Part shown: piece by piece, positions 49,559-62,557 of the stretch | How positions within the stretch are numbered: position 1 is the first letter of the stretch | How the letters are laid out: each line of letters opens with the position of its first letter | Program-made: the position numbers and the translations under genes | Assembly (NCBI GenBank): GCA_964016885.1 | Contig: OZ024741.1 | Span: 158,410,001 to 158,474,000 of the forward strand | DNA length: 64,000 nucleotides | Reading direction: 5' to 3' | Origin: Eledone cirrhosa | Lineage: Eukaryota | Notes under the pieces: model-generated | The model's database searches: none | What the model was told of the DNA's origin: nothing | The model's input: only the letters and a program-made list of their open reading frames with translations

Positions 49559-49926
49559 GATTTGTCCCTGTAAGGTTGTTTGTAGAAGATCAACAGTCGT
49601 CCATGCATACCCGTCTCCCCTCTCCACACCACCAATGTTATCCAAGGGAAAGGCGGTGGCCGATACAACTTGGCACTAGTGACATCGCAACTCATTTCTA
49701 CGGGTGCAACGTGAAATAAAGTGTCTTGCTCAGGAATACAACGCACCACCCAGTTCACAATACACCCCCCCCCCCCTCCCCCATACACACAAACACACAC
49801 ATATATATAAATATATCCGTATGTAGTTGACAGACGAGAGAAAATAGTACTCAATACCGAAGTAGAGTTTAAATATTCATCAAATTGCGCCCCTGTATAG
49901 CACTGTATCTTTAACTATGGGCCTAA

Positions 49927-50933
49927 TCTATATATATAAAACTGAGGATGTCTGTCTGTGTGTGTGTGAGTTTGAATCCCTAAAACTCGAGAAGCACCCA
50001 ACCGACTGTTTTCAAACTTTACACATAGGTAGAAGACTGTATTCGTGAAGGGAATCCATAGCGTTAGTAGCACGGTTCTTCTATCGTCTGTTTTAGCCAC
50101 TGTCCCTGGTTCGGTTCTCGAAGCGCTTTTATTTATAAGAATACTATAGCTAGAAGAGAGTGTTCTGAGCAAAAACAATTTCAAATTTTCAATGCCCTAG
50201 GGGCCGCATTAGGCGATTTAGCGATCTCTCTTTATAATTCTTAGTCTTTCTCTTTTTAGATAGATACATACATATAACGTCGCGCCCTTATAATATCTGT
50301 CTTTTTGTCTGACTGTCTGCATTACGTCATTTCCCTGAGGATGTCTGTCTGTGTGTGTGTCTGTGAGTTTGAATCCCTAAAACTCGAGAAGTACGCATCC
50401 GATGTTTTTTAAAATTTACATGTGTATTACTTATGTTTCAGGGAGTGTTATGCACATAAAATATTCAACTTTTTTCATTAGGTGAAAAAGTGCATTTTTA
50501 AAGCTTTTTAGGGTTTTTTTGAGGCGTTACGCCAGACCGATTTCCTTGAAATTGTAACTATGTATTAGTCAGTCTCTTCTTCATACTGTGAGCAAAGAAA
50601 ATCCAACTATTTTATTGCCTAGGTGAAAAACTTAATTTTTTCAGCTTTTTAGGGCTTTTTGGAGGCGTTACTTCTAGCCGATTTTCCCGAAATTTCAAGG
50701 CATATTATGCACATAAAAAAATTCATTTTCTTGATCCCCTAGGGCCCTCATTAGGTGAAAACCTGCATTTTCCTGCTTCATCGAGGAAAATCTCAAAGAT
50801 TATCCAGCCATCAGAGTATTCTGTTTATTTTCTTTACATATTGTTCAGGCATGCAGTTTTTCCACGATTAGGTCTGTTGGCGGCCCGCGTTCCAAAATAC
50901 CTTATCCCGTGCAACACCGGGTACCACTGCTAT
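49927..50933 (+). mobile_element. Non-autonomous Helitron
   Basis: A|TCTATATATATAAAA start, GTCT repeats, subterminal hairpin CCCGTGCAACACCGGG, CTAT|T end (CTAG-like); its 5' segment is duplicated internally at ~50335. Confidence 0.7.
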
Positions 50934-51539
50934 TAATGTATACAAATGGTTTAATGATCCAGCTACCATAGTGTTTCACACCCATGATAATCAAAGTCAG
51001 ATCATACATCTGAAGAAGTTTCTATTTTCAATCTCCGACGATAGTTGATTTGACTCTAATAGAAAGTGTTCCTAGTCCAAATGGCGCCCATGACACATGT
51101 CATGCTTTGTATACCCTAGTTACACCTCTGATAGTGTGCCATATATACATACTCATGCGCGCACACACACGTACACTCACTTCATCGCTATTTTGAGTTT
51201 TGTGTTTCCGTTGTTCACAGCGAGAAGATAACGTCTTGTCACGAGAATTACATAAGACATTCCTGAACATACTAATTAATTTTATACATAAAAACGCCGG
51301 GAAATACTGTAGGTTGTCTTTGTGTACATGTATTTCCAAAGACATCAGTGAGGTAAATGGTGTGAAATGCTTTTAACCAAGGATCAAAACTAGATCACAA
51401 ATTCGACCGTTTGCCGACAGTAAAAATCTATTTTCTGCTATTTTAATTGTGCTATGTCTTACTCTCGTCTGTTATTTTAGTGTTACCTGACACCTTAGTT
51501 GTAGTCTAGTTAAGCATCACCTGCTAACTTTTTTAATTA

Positions 51540-52385
51540 TATATAAAGTGCCATCTATAAACATCTAAATAGTCGTAGTCTATCTAGATGTTATTTGCTA
51601 TCTAAATTGTAGTTTAAGTGCTGCCTACTATTTTAGTAGATCTAAATATCTACTATCTTAGTTAGGGGTCTATCAAGGTATCTGCCGACTGCTATCTTAT
51701 CTGTAATCAATTTAGATGACGTCTACTATCCTAGTCATATTCTATCTAAATTCCGCCTGCTATCTTAGTCATGGTCTATCTAGAATACGTCAAATATCTT
51801 AGTCATGATCTATCTAGATGTCATCTGTCATCTTATCTGTGGTCTATCCAGATGTCATCTACTATTTTAGTGATAGTCTATCTAAACATTGGCGGCTATC
51901 TTAACCGTGGTCTATATAGACACTGGCTGCTATTTCAATAGGTGTCTATATAGATATCGGCTGCTATATAGCAAAATACTAGTGTGTATGAATGTAACAA
52001 GGAGACATGGTTTGTGTGTATAATATTTAATCAACAATTTAACAGTATAGTTGACATGTCAATGAATAAACGAAAGAATGAAGCAAAGTTAGTAGTTACC
52101 GTTTTGATTGCCAGGCAAACGCGGCTGGCAGAAGACGCCTGGCGAAGGCCAGGCGCCGGAAGGGCAAATGAGAGAGTGAGAACTTAAAGTTGTTAGTTTT
52201 ATAGGGTTCTGACCGGAAGTTACAGAAAGGGTTCTACTTCCTGTCTAGATGGTGTTAATCTATTGGGGTTGTGAGTCACAACAAGGGAGGCAACTCCTGC
52301 TACAGCTATTTCAATTGGTATCTATCCAGATGCTGTATAATATCTTAGTTGTCGTGTATTTAAGTGTCTTATCTATCTTGTAGTC
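51540..52385. repeat. Degenerate ~34-bp tandem repeat, interrupted by an LTR
   Basis: Recurring ctatctagatgtcatctgctatcttagtc-like units. Confidence 0.6.
51967..52304 (-). mobile_element. Solo LTR
   Basis: Inverted ends tatagc...gctaca; GCTA on both sides. Confidence 0.55.
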
Positions 52386-52951
52386 TGTAGTGATAGGGGG
52401 TCACCATTATATATTGATAGGATTGTATTCTTTGCAGAATGAATGATAAAAAGAATGTTGAAGAATTGCGATGTTGTTGACAACGTTTATTTTATAATAA
52501 TAAAATTCACTTGTAGGTACATCGAATATGGAGTAATGAAAACAATTATCATTACATTAATTGTTTTACTAGTTACTTCGAGCTAGCGCAAATGCATGTA
52601 TAAAATAAAACGATACAGTAGGAGTTGTGCGTTGTACTTTACAGTAGTAGAGAATGACAGGAAGTCAAAAGGACAGATAAAATGTAGAAGGGAACAATAT
52701 AAGGAAACCTACTGTGTGTGTGTATTAATCCTTAGCAAATGTAGTTTCTGTAGAAGCAGTCAGTCCATCTTTCTAATTCATTGTCTGTCGAGCGAGTATG
52801 AAATGTGAGAGAATAGTAGGTAGAAGACTGTATTCGTGAAGGGAATCCATAGCGTTAGTAGCACGGTTCTTCTATCGTCTGTTTTAGCCACTGTCCCTAG
52901 TTCGGTTCTCGAAGCGCTTTTATTTATAAGAATACTATAGCTAGAAGGATG

Positions 52952-53439
52952 TTTAGAAGGTTAGTATCAGTGTATATATTATTAAAAATAACAACAATAG
53001 CTGGTGCATGTTTGTACAATGGTTTTACTTCACAGAAGTCGATAATAATAATAATAGAAACATTTTTACCACGCGTCGTGATGGTGAGTTGGTCGCAACT
53101 CCCAGACTGGAGCGTGTAGAGAAGAGAGAGAGAAGACAGGAGTCATTTCTTCATAAGACAGGATTCATCTCTAGGGAGAGAAAGCAGAAATCTTCTCTTC
53201 GTAAGGTTGAAGTGGTCCTTTCAGCTGCGGTGTAGGAAGTGAGAGTGAATTGCCCCAAGCTCCCAAATATATAGTCCCCATGGGGACGTAACTCCGTGTA
53301 GTTCATGGATGTACCACTAGGGGTCACGACCGTCACAAAGGGTCTCTTAGTTCATGGATGTGACACTAGGGGTCACGATCGTCGCAAAGGAACGCAACTC
53401 TTATCCGTTCTGAGTTCCAGCCGTAAGGGGGTCGCTACA
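52952..53439 (-). mobile_element. Solo LTR related to the 44041/49131 Gypsy LTRs
   Basis: Reverse complement starts tgtagcgacccccttacggctg, shares ggggactatatattt and gacttctgtgaagtaaaacc, ends ctaaa; TSD GATG. Confidence 0.85.
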
Positions 53440-53904
53440 GATGTGTATATGGCCATTTGTCTATCATCTATCAAGTGTCTGGGGTCACGGGCCAAGTTGT
53501 ATATAACATTTATCATAGTTGTCTTTTGACAGGACAAGGGTAAGAACACCTAACAATAGGTGGTTTTAGAGGCGAGAATTTTTAGATTCGATTTCGAATC
53601 TCCGCCAGGCAAAACATAGAAGAATTCAGTTACAAGTCTATCTGCAGACCCGTCCGATGGGGACATCTCCCACCCACTTTGGGGTGGTTGAGAAATGTCT
53701 TCTCTTGTGAAAATAGGTATAGCTTTCACTATGTAAAATCTCCCCATTTTATCTCATTTCTCCCCGTTTTAGGGCACTTTTTTACATGGTACTCCCTGTT
53801 TGGGTTTTTAGAAGTTGGCAGGTCTGTAATTGACGTCTGCTATCTATCTGGAATTCACCTGGTATATCTTTTGGCTTTTAATGTATTCTTTACTTTCGTT
53901 CAGT

Positions 53905-54245
53905 GACGCAGTATGGCTGAATGATTAAGAAGTTTGTTTCGCAATTATTAGGTCCCGGGTTCAATCTCAGTACATGGCACCTTGTGCAAGTGTCATTTAC
54001 GATAGCCTTGAGCCAACCCATGCCTTGTGAGTGAAATTTAGTAGATTAAACTGTTTGAAAGCCCGTCGGGTGCTCTGTACCCATAATACCTATCCATTGA
54101 ATTCACTGTATCACGTTGAATCTTGCTGAGAATTACCATATCGGTACACATGTCTGTGGAATGTCCAGCCACTTACACGTTAATTGCACAAGCAAACTGT
54201 TTCGTTGATCGAAACGAACAACTGGAGAACCCATCGTCGAAGCCA
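53905..54245 (+). mobile_element. tRNA-derived SINE family B (also 58365-58685 minus strand, 5950-6130 and others)
   Basis: A/B boxes (tggctgaatgattaag, gggttcaatct) and shared body cagccacttacacgttaatt. Confidence 0.7.
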
Positions 54246-55560
54246 GATGTGTGCGTGTGTGTGCGTGTGTGTGAGGAAGCAGCTATTTCGTAATTTACTT
54301 ACTTTTTTTTTCTTTTCAACGAATATTTATTTACAAAGTTAGCTCGATGTGTTGTATATTGCAAGAGGAAAATGTTTAGTCTTTTGTAGTTTGCTTGCAG
54401 ACTAGCAACCCGAATATACGCTGGAAAAAAAAAAAGAGAGAAGAAAGAAAGAAAAAAAAGCCCAATTATTTGGAGATCGCCTTTCAATGTAGGAAAAGGT
54501 ATAAATATTTTCTTAACTTTGAAAGTATGGTGTAGACGGGGTTGTTTTACTTGTAACATTCGGTGTTGAGTTCCGGAGAGAGGATTCCATTTATTATTCT
54601 TGTTCTACGATATAAAGCTTGTCGATAAGTCTATTTTTTTTTTCATCGTATTATTATTTAATTCTTTGCATTATTTCTTAATTCCGACCAATATATCGTA
54701 GTGAGTAGCTGTGTTCCAGGTGGAATTGGGTTAAAGAATGTGTCAAATATTTCCCGTGGTGTAGTCTATATCTTATATCAAAATAACTATGACGATTCGG
54801 TGATCTAATACGTTCTTGTTTTATTGTATTTTGTTAGGCGTGTTTTTAGATTTCTGTTTTGTGGAATGATTTTGAAACAAATGGAAAGATCTTGCTATTT
54901 ATCACAGCATCGGACAAAATGCTGTGCGGCATTTAGTTATGGCCCTTTACGTTCTGAGTTCAAATCTCGCCTAGGTCAGCTGTGTATTCCATCCTACCAT
55001 GAAAGTACTAAGGCTGATTAACTTTCTCTTCCCACCTCCAAGTTACTGGCCTGGTGTCTATGTTAGAAAAATCTTTTTCGGTTCTTTGTTGCTTTTATCT
55101 TTTATTATAATATCTAGTGGATTGGCAGTATCGGTAGAGAGTCGGACGCCATGCTTTGAAGCATAGAGTTACGTCCCTTTATGATCTGAGTTCAAATCCT
55201 GCCGAGGTTAACTTTGCCTTTCATCCTTACGGGGTCGATAAAATAAAGTACCAGTAATGTACTGGGTAATTGCTGGCCTTGTGCCAAAAGTAGAAACAAT
55301 TATAATATCTAGTCTGTTCGCTTTGATTGTCCTATCAGTGTGTGTTGTAAAATCTCACAGTATTATTACAGGTGGATTGGCAGTATCGGTAGAGGGTCGG
55401 GCGCCATGCTTTGAAGCATAGAGTTACCTCCCTTTATGATCTGAGTTCAAATCCCGCCGAGGTTAACTTTGCCTTTCATCCTTACGGGGTCGATAAAATA
55501 AAGTACCAGTAATACATTGGGATAATTGCTGGCCTGGTGCCAATAGTAGAACCAATTATT

Positions 55561-56560
55561 ACAATACCAATTTCAGTTAATGGGTCTGAATAATGTTGAT
55601 ACCAGTTTTTTGTTACATCTTTTCCATTGGACTTACATAATTTCCAGTGAATGTACTGCCACACTATGTCATGTCTGTTTTTGGATTCATATGGCGCTAA
55701 GGTGGTGCCTGTAGATATTAGGTGATCCACTGTTTCAGTATTTCTGCCACAGAACCAGCATTTTGGGGTTATTATGTTTTCCCAATATGTTTGCCTGACA
55801 ATTTTCTGTGGCAAGGCATTGGTCTTGTGCAGTCAGTATGAAACCTCCTGTTTCGGCTTTCATTCCTGAACTGCACAGCCACTGATGGGTTTGGGTTTTG
55901 TTTACATCAGCTTCCCTGATTCGAGTCAGATACTGGTCATGTAGTGGTTTATTTTGCCATTTTCCCTTCATCTACCCAATAGTTGCTTCCTTTGCTTTTG
56001 TTTTTGTAGCCTTTGCTGACACTTTTGGTGGAAGAGGAGTTTCTTGTGTCACATCTGTGCTTAGATTTATTTCGAAATATATTTGGTGCTTTCTTCTATT
56101 ACAGAGTAAATCTTTTTTTTCTGGCTTCATACTGTTTTACTGCCTGTATCATCTAATCATTAGTTACCTTGAAATATTAGTGTAGGTCAATTGTTGTTGT
56201 CTTGTAGGACAGCTCCATTTGAATTAGACCGCTGCCTCCCCCAGATCTGGGCAAGTAGAGTCGCTCAACGTCCATTATAGGGTGGTGCATACGGTACCAT
56301 ATGAAGAGTTTACAGGTCTTAGTAACCATTCTTTTGATATCCTGTACTGTCCATTTAACTATGTTAAAGCTGTATTGAACAACAGATGCTGCTAAGCTGT
56401 TTATCACATATTCTCTTCTTTAAATTGAGCTCTGTATTTAAGATAAGTTGCACTCATCTATAATATTCTTTTCTGACTTTTTCCTTCATTTGGGTGTGAC
56501 TTATCCCCCCGCAATCAGAGATGTCAAGATATTTGTAGGTGTCCTATTGATCAAGTTCTA
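55561..56560 (-). mobile_element. R4/Dong-clade non-LTR fragment (RT end, CCHC zinc knuckle)
   Basis: ERLYLPRSGGGSGL, KPLHDQY...WL...ETGGFILTAQDQ, CWFC...ETVDHLIS...RHD. Confidence 0.85.
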
Positions 56561-57435
56561 TTATCAATGGTGCTTTATTTTATCGACCCTGTAAGGATGA
56601 AAGGCAAAGTTAACCTCGGCGTGATTTGAACTCAGAGCGTAAAAGGCCATAACTCTATGCATCATGCTTTGCAGCATAGAGTTATGGCTCTTTACGTTCT
56701 GAGTTCAAATCCCACCGAGGTTAACTTTGCCTTTCATCGTTACGGGGTCGATAAAATAAAGCACCAGTAATGCACTGGGGTAATTGCTAGCCTTGTTCCA
56801 AAAGTAGAAACAATTCTTATTTTACGGGAAGCATACCAAAGAATCAAACGAAAAAGACGTATATAAATTGTAAGAGCACAGCTGCATCGTTGAAATCAGA
56901 GTTAGTATACAAGGAAGTTTGTATATGTCACGATTTTCTTCATTTCACGCCCACTTTTCCGTTTTGGCATGGGCAAACGAAAAGGAAGTGTATGTCTATT
57001 GTTTCATCATTGTACATACGTAACACACACACATACACACACGGACGCCCGCACGCACACACGCACATATATATATAATATATTTGTACGTATTAACTAT
57101 GCTACAATATATATAAAACCGTAGAGCAATTTTTTTATTATCAGCTCATTAAAAGTTTAAGGAAACAATTTCTGCTTTCGCTCTCTCATGGGGTCTTCTG
57201 TAACTGATATATATATATGTATGTGTGTGTGTGTGTGTAAAATCGGTACAGTATATGGAAGGGATATATTATATATATATATTAGTATCGTGAGAGAGTA
57301 GAGGTTTAAAGGGATAAGCGATACATATAGTTAGTTGCCAAAAGCTGGTGCATTTGTGCTCAATACTTGTGACTACAGGGTTAAATATCGGAAGCGTTAA
57401 TATTTAGAGGGCGAGAATATAAGCAGAGCGGTTAC

Positions 57436-57538
57436 AAATGAAAGGATTACAAAGGAGAATATATACTGTTAGAACATGTTTATATAAAACATAAACATGT
57501 TCTAACACTCTGTATTCTCCTTTGTAATCCTTTCATTT
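57436..57538. repeat. ~100-bp palindrome ending in (TA)n
   Basis: aaatgaaaggattacaaaggagaata...tattctcctttgtaatcctttcattt. Confidence 0.85.
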
Positions 57539-57725
57539 ATATATATATATATATATATTAACTCAGATTACATTTATATATATATATATATATATATAAA
57601 TGTAATCTGAGTTTTTCGAATATTAATAATAACATTCGATTTGTTTGCAATTATACAAACAAGCCTCAATTTTATAGCCATGTCAGTAGAATGAACCCTT
57701 CATTCTTGCTCTTATGTTGGTATAC

Positions 57726-57787
57726 GAACAGAACTGTAGACACTAATGTTTCTGGCTATCACCCTTCATCAGTACAGCTCACTGTTC
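57726..57787 (-). ncRNA. Type I hammerhead ribozyme (mirror copy)
   Basis: Reverse complement GAGCTGTA-CTGATGA-agggtgatagcca-GAAA-CATTAGTG-TC^-TACAGTTC; stem II weaker than in the plus copy. Confidence 0.72.
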
Positions 57788-58054
57788 ACCTGCCAAACTG
57801 TCAGAACTAGTGAGAATATATGCTATTTTCAAAAATACTCAGTGACTGATCGGCCTGATTTGCATATCAGTAGACTGGCTGATCAGTTAGATCTGTATAT
57901 TAGCAGATCCACTGATCAGCCAGATTTGCATATCAGCAGACTGGCCAGTCAGTTTCCTGTATACGAGCGATAAATGGCCGGCTTTGCTAAATTCAAATAA
58001 AAAAGAAAATTTCGCTCTACATGACTGAATACAGTAAATGGCAGTTTGGCAGGT

Positions 58055-58115
58055 GAACAGTGAGCTGTACTGATGAAGGGTGTACCCAGAAACATTAGTG
58101 TCTGCAGTTCTGTTC
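58055..58115 (+). ncRNA. Type I hammerhead ribozyme
   Basis: gaacagt-GAGCTGTA-CTGATGA-a-GGG-tgta-CCC-a-GAAA-CATTAGTG-TC^-TGCAGTTC-tgttc; stem I pairs, stem III is self-complementary, GUC cleavage after 58102. Confidence 0.8.
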
Positions 58116-58266
58116 GTATACCAACATAAGAGCAAGAATGAAGGGTTCATTCTACTGACATGGCTATAAAATTGAGGCTTGTTTGCATAATTGCAAACGA
58201 ATCGAATGTTATTATTAATATTCGAAAAACTCAGATTACATTTATTGTATTCAGCCATGTAGAGCG

Positions 58267-58328
<62 letters not shown>

Positions 58329-58689
58329 CACATGAATATATACATGCATAGGTATATACATGCATACGACTGGCACTCCGTCGGTTACGACGACGTGTGT
58401 TCCAGTTGATATAATCAACGGAACTGTCTGCTCGTGGAATTAATGTGCAAGTGACCGAGCATTCTACAGACACGCGTACTCTTAAGGTAGTTCTCATCGA
58501 GATTCAGAGTGACACAGAATGTGACAAGGCTGGCCATTAGAATTACAGGTACAGCTCATTTTTGCCAGCCGTATGGACTGGAGCAACGTTAAATAAAGTG
58601 TCTTACTCAAGGATATAGCATGCCTCAGGGAATCGAACTCACGACCTTATGATTGTGGACCGAATACCATTAAGCCACACGCCTTTACC

Positions 58690-59322
58690 ATACATACATG
58701 AGGATTGCAGCGTCTTCACAGACGATTTCCGTCTCTTATTGATTCTTCGTTTTTATCGCATCCGCGTCCATGACTTCGTAGATGACTTTGTAGGCCAGCT
58801 GTAGATCTGCATGGTTTACGACACAAGTGACAGAAGATAGTTGTGCTTTGCACAGCGCCGGTGGGGGTCACCCTGCGGGACACAATCTTTATGTACCACC
58901 ATCTGTTTTCTTTTTTAGTCCGGAACTAGTTCTACACACTTTGTTGCATATCACGCACGTTGTTTCGCCAGGTCTTTGTTGAGTGGTGTTGAGTGGTGTT
59001 GCGGGTGGTTATCCTTTCATGTGACTTCAGGTGATTAACATAACCAGTCTTTGAGAGGAGTACACGCTGACAGAAATTGCATGTCTGACTACTGATGACT
59101 TCATCAAGACTATGAGCACAGCCCTTCCGGAGCTGACGCTTCAGTTGTATATGTTCTAGACGACATTCCACAAAACTTTTGCAACTGCCCTTTATGCGCT
59201 TTCTCCACTCAGCCCCATTTAGAGCTATCTCCTCCCAGTTGTTTATATCAAATGCCAGCTCTTTGAGGTGGTTCTTGGTGCTGTCCTTGTACCTCATTTT
59301 CGGTTTGTGTTGAGGCTTTTTT
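58690..59322 (-). mobile_element. BovB-like RTE 3' fragment with C2H2 zinc fingers
   Basis: KMRYKDSTK...WEEIALN...WR, CNFC...HLKSH, and a further CHLC...HLRSH. Confidence 0.75.
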
Positions 59323-59374
59323 CCAATACATACATACATACATACATACATACATACATACATACATACATACA

Positions 59375-60095
59375 TGGTGGCTGCCAACTCGTTTCGAGTA
59401 CGGCCACTACTTTATATCAATGTAGGAGAACCCCTACCGATGCGCTGAACGAGTGTGACTTTTTAGTCCAGCCAGCGACTTGAAAACTCTGGTACAAACA
59501 CTAGACTTGTGACAATTATTGACACATAGTGCTGGGCCCATGGTACCATGTGATGACAAGTGCAGAGAGATCTCCAGATATAAAGCAATGCCTGTGCCTT
59601 GAAGCTTTTATAGTGAGCAAAGGCACTGCACAAAGCCAGTCCCACTCTGTTAACCAAGATGATATTTACCAAAAATATACATACATACATACATACATAC
59701 ATACATGCTTACATGCACGCAGACATACATACATATATACGTACATACATACATATTTATATATTTACATACACAGACCTACATACATATATACATACAT
59801 ATATACGTATATACATACATATATACATATATATATGGGTATATACATACATAGATACATACATACATATATACGTATATACATACATACATGTTGGCTG
59901 CCAACTCGTTTTCGAGTACGGCCACTACTTTATATCCATGTAGGAGAACCCCTACCGATGCGCTGAACGAGTGTGACTTTTTAGTCCAGCCAGCGACTTG
60001 AAAACTCTGGTACAAACACTACACCTGTGACAATTATTGACACGTAGTGCTGGGCCCATGGTACCATGTGACGACAAGGGCAGAGAGATCTCCAT
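59375..60095 (-). repeat. Two direct copies of a ~200-bp repeat, each beside (TACA)n
   Basis: tggctgccaactcgtt...ggcccatggtaccatgtga at ~59378 and ~59895. Confidence 0.8.
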
Positions 60096-61361
60096 ACATT
60101 CAAGGGCTTTGTTTCAGTGGGGTACCAGGGGACAAGTCCCCCTCACCCTACACACACACACACACACACTTTTTCAGAAACGGGGGGACAAACCACCTTT
60201 TCTTTTTTCTTTATTTGATATAATAAATTCTTTTAAAGCTTATTTTTATATATCTGAACTTCATTTGAATATATAAATTTTAATTAGCATAAAATGTTAC
60301 TTATGTGATAGGGTCCGGGAAAGGCACTATAAGCAATACTAACATGCTCCTTCAAGAATCAACAAATGTTGGTTTGTCCCCTTCATATTTTTAAGGCAAA
60401 CGAGGCCCCTGCATACATACGTATTGCAAGCAGAAATTATTCAGACTATTTTGTAAGGGAGGCTATATCGAGTAATTATCTGTTGAGTGTTTGAAACTTG
60501 GTATGTAAGTAAGGATATCCCCACGTGTGATATTGCATATCAGATATAAATTGACTGTCTTCTAGATTTTCAACTTGACATGGTGAGGATATTTAAAATA
60601 TTAGTTATCAGATATGTGATAGTGAGATTCACACACTTCATTTTGATATTTTATACCTCTTTATATGTCTCTTTGTCTCTGCGTGAGTACTTCTCCCTTC
60701 TTTCTTTCTCACTCATTTACTCTCTCCCTCTCTCTCTCTCTCTCCCACTCTCCCCCTCTCTCCCTCTCTCTCTTTCTCTATCTATCTATCTATTTCTCAC
60801 TTATTCTCTTTCTCACTCTATCTCTCAATTATTCTCTACCCACCATCTCTTTCTCAGTTATTCTCTCGCCTCCTTCTCTCTCTCAGTTATTCTCTCTCCT
60901 CCTTCTCTCTCTCTCACACCTCTCTCTCTCCCTCCCTCTATCACTTCAATCCACTGCTGCAAGTTGTTGATGATAATGATTATGATAGATAGACAGGGCA
61001 GTATCTGAGCCATTCAATAAAATAAACACCAGACTGAAATAAGTAATGGGCTCAATATGAAAGTCGATTAAATTGATTCCAGTGCATTACTGGTACTTTA
61101 TTTTATCGACCCCGTAAAGATGAAAGGTAAAGCTAATCTCGGTGAGATTTGAACTCAGAATGTAAAAGGTAGTAACTCTATACTGAAAAGAATGTTGTCT
61201 GACATTCTACCAAAAGTGCCAATCCACGACACTTTATAATAATAATAATAATGTTTCTACTTTTGGCACAAGACCAGCAATAACCCAGTAGATTACTGGT
61301 ACTTTATTTTATCGCCCCGTAAGGATGAAAGGCAAAGTTAACATCGGCATGATTTGAATTT

Positions 61362-61680
61362 TTGTTCATCTAATTTAAATAGACCAATCTCGTTCCAGAT
61401 GTTATGCATCCGTTTCCTATAGCCTTTCTCCTTGGGGTTACACTTCAGGTAACATTGCATAACAGTTCTATTCAATTCTTTCGTCCAGTTGGTTCTGGTC
61501 CCTTTCCTTCTTCTTCCTCCGACACCAGCAGTATTTGGTTGACAGCCAGGTCCCTGCTGCTGAACCAGGGAGCACCTGTTGGGTGAGAGTCTGTCACATG
61601 ACATTCTAGTCTCCATTTCACCGTTATTCGAACTGTTTAGGTTCGACATTTAAACACTCTTATCGAGGATTGGCGAATGT
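61362..61680 (-). mobile_element. 5' (N-terminal) fragment of an R4/Dong-like element
   Basis: RTNWTKELNRTVMQCY...GYRKRMHNIW motif. Confidence 0.6.
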
Positions 61681-61827
61681 ATGGTTACATAACCACCGGT
61701 GATTTCATCACCCCCGGTGATTTCGTCACTCCCGGTGATTTTTGTGTGGCATTATCACGCTGTAGACGAACATAAATAAACAAACAAACAAACAGGCAAA
61801 AAAAACCCCAAAAATGAATAAGCATAA

Positions 61828-62557
61828 GTTCTTCGTCTTCGTCTTCGTCTTCGTCTTCGTCTTCGTCTTCTTCTTCTTCGCCAACTTATTCCTGAGATAA
61901 TCGTGGGGACAGAGTCCTCAAACACTCCTTCCAGCGGGTCCTATCAGAAGCAACTATCTCCAACTGATCCGGCTGGATCCCCAATCTCATGGATGCTATC
62001 CAACCATCTTGTTCGGGGTCTACCCCTGGGTCTCTGCCGGTTGGTTTTGCCCGTAAAATATGTTCAGCGATTCTTTCCCGAGACATTCTAACCACATGTC
62101 CATAGTATCGGAGCTGTGGTCTCTCAATTCGGAGAAGTAGCGGCTCTACCTGGAGTAACGTTACTCGATAAAGTAGTTCGGAGATCAGAGAATCACTCCA
62201 GGTAGAGCCGCTACTTCTCCGAATTGAGAGACCACAGCTCTGATACTATGGCCATGTGGTTAGAATGTCTCAGGAAAGAATCGCTGGACAGATTTTACGG
62301 GCAAAACCAACCGGCAGAGACCCAGGGGTAGACCCCGAACAAGATGGTTGGATAACATCCATGAGATTGGGGATCCAGCCGGATCAGTTGGAGATAGTTG
62401 CTTCTGATAGGACCCGCTGGAAGGAGTGTTTGAGGACTCTGTCCCCACGATTATCTCAGGAAGAAGAAGAAGAAGAAGAAGAAGAAGAAGAAGAAGAAGA
62501 AGAAGAAGAAGAAGAAGAAGAAGAAGAAGAAGAAGAAGAAAAAGAAGAAGAAGAAGA
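61828..62557. mobile_element. Head-to-head pair of RTE-type 3' fragments with outward (GAA)n tails
   Basis: ORFs 61886-62095(-) and 62256-(+) are near-identical mirror images. Confidence 0.88.

Larger units (their letters stand above)
57596..58245. mobile_element. Non-coding fold-back element with ~205-bp inverted arms, in (TA)n
   Basis: 57596-57800 is the reverse complement of 58042-58245. Confidence 0.85.

Noticed and set aside
55119-55302. tRNA gene
   Set aside because: Only A/B boxes of a multicopy SINE head; no full cloverleaf seen
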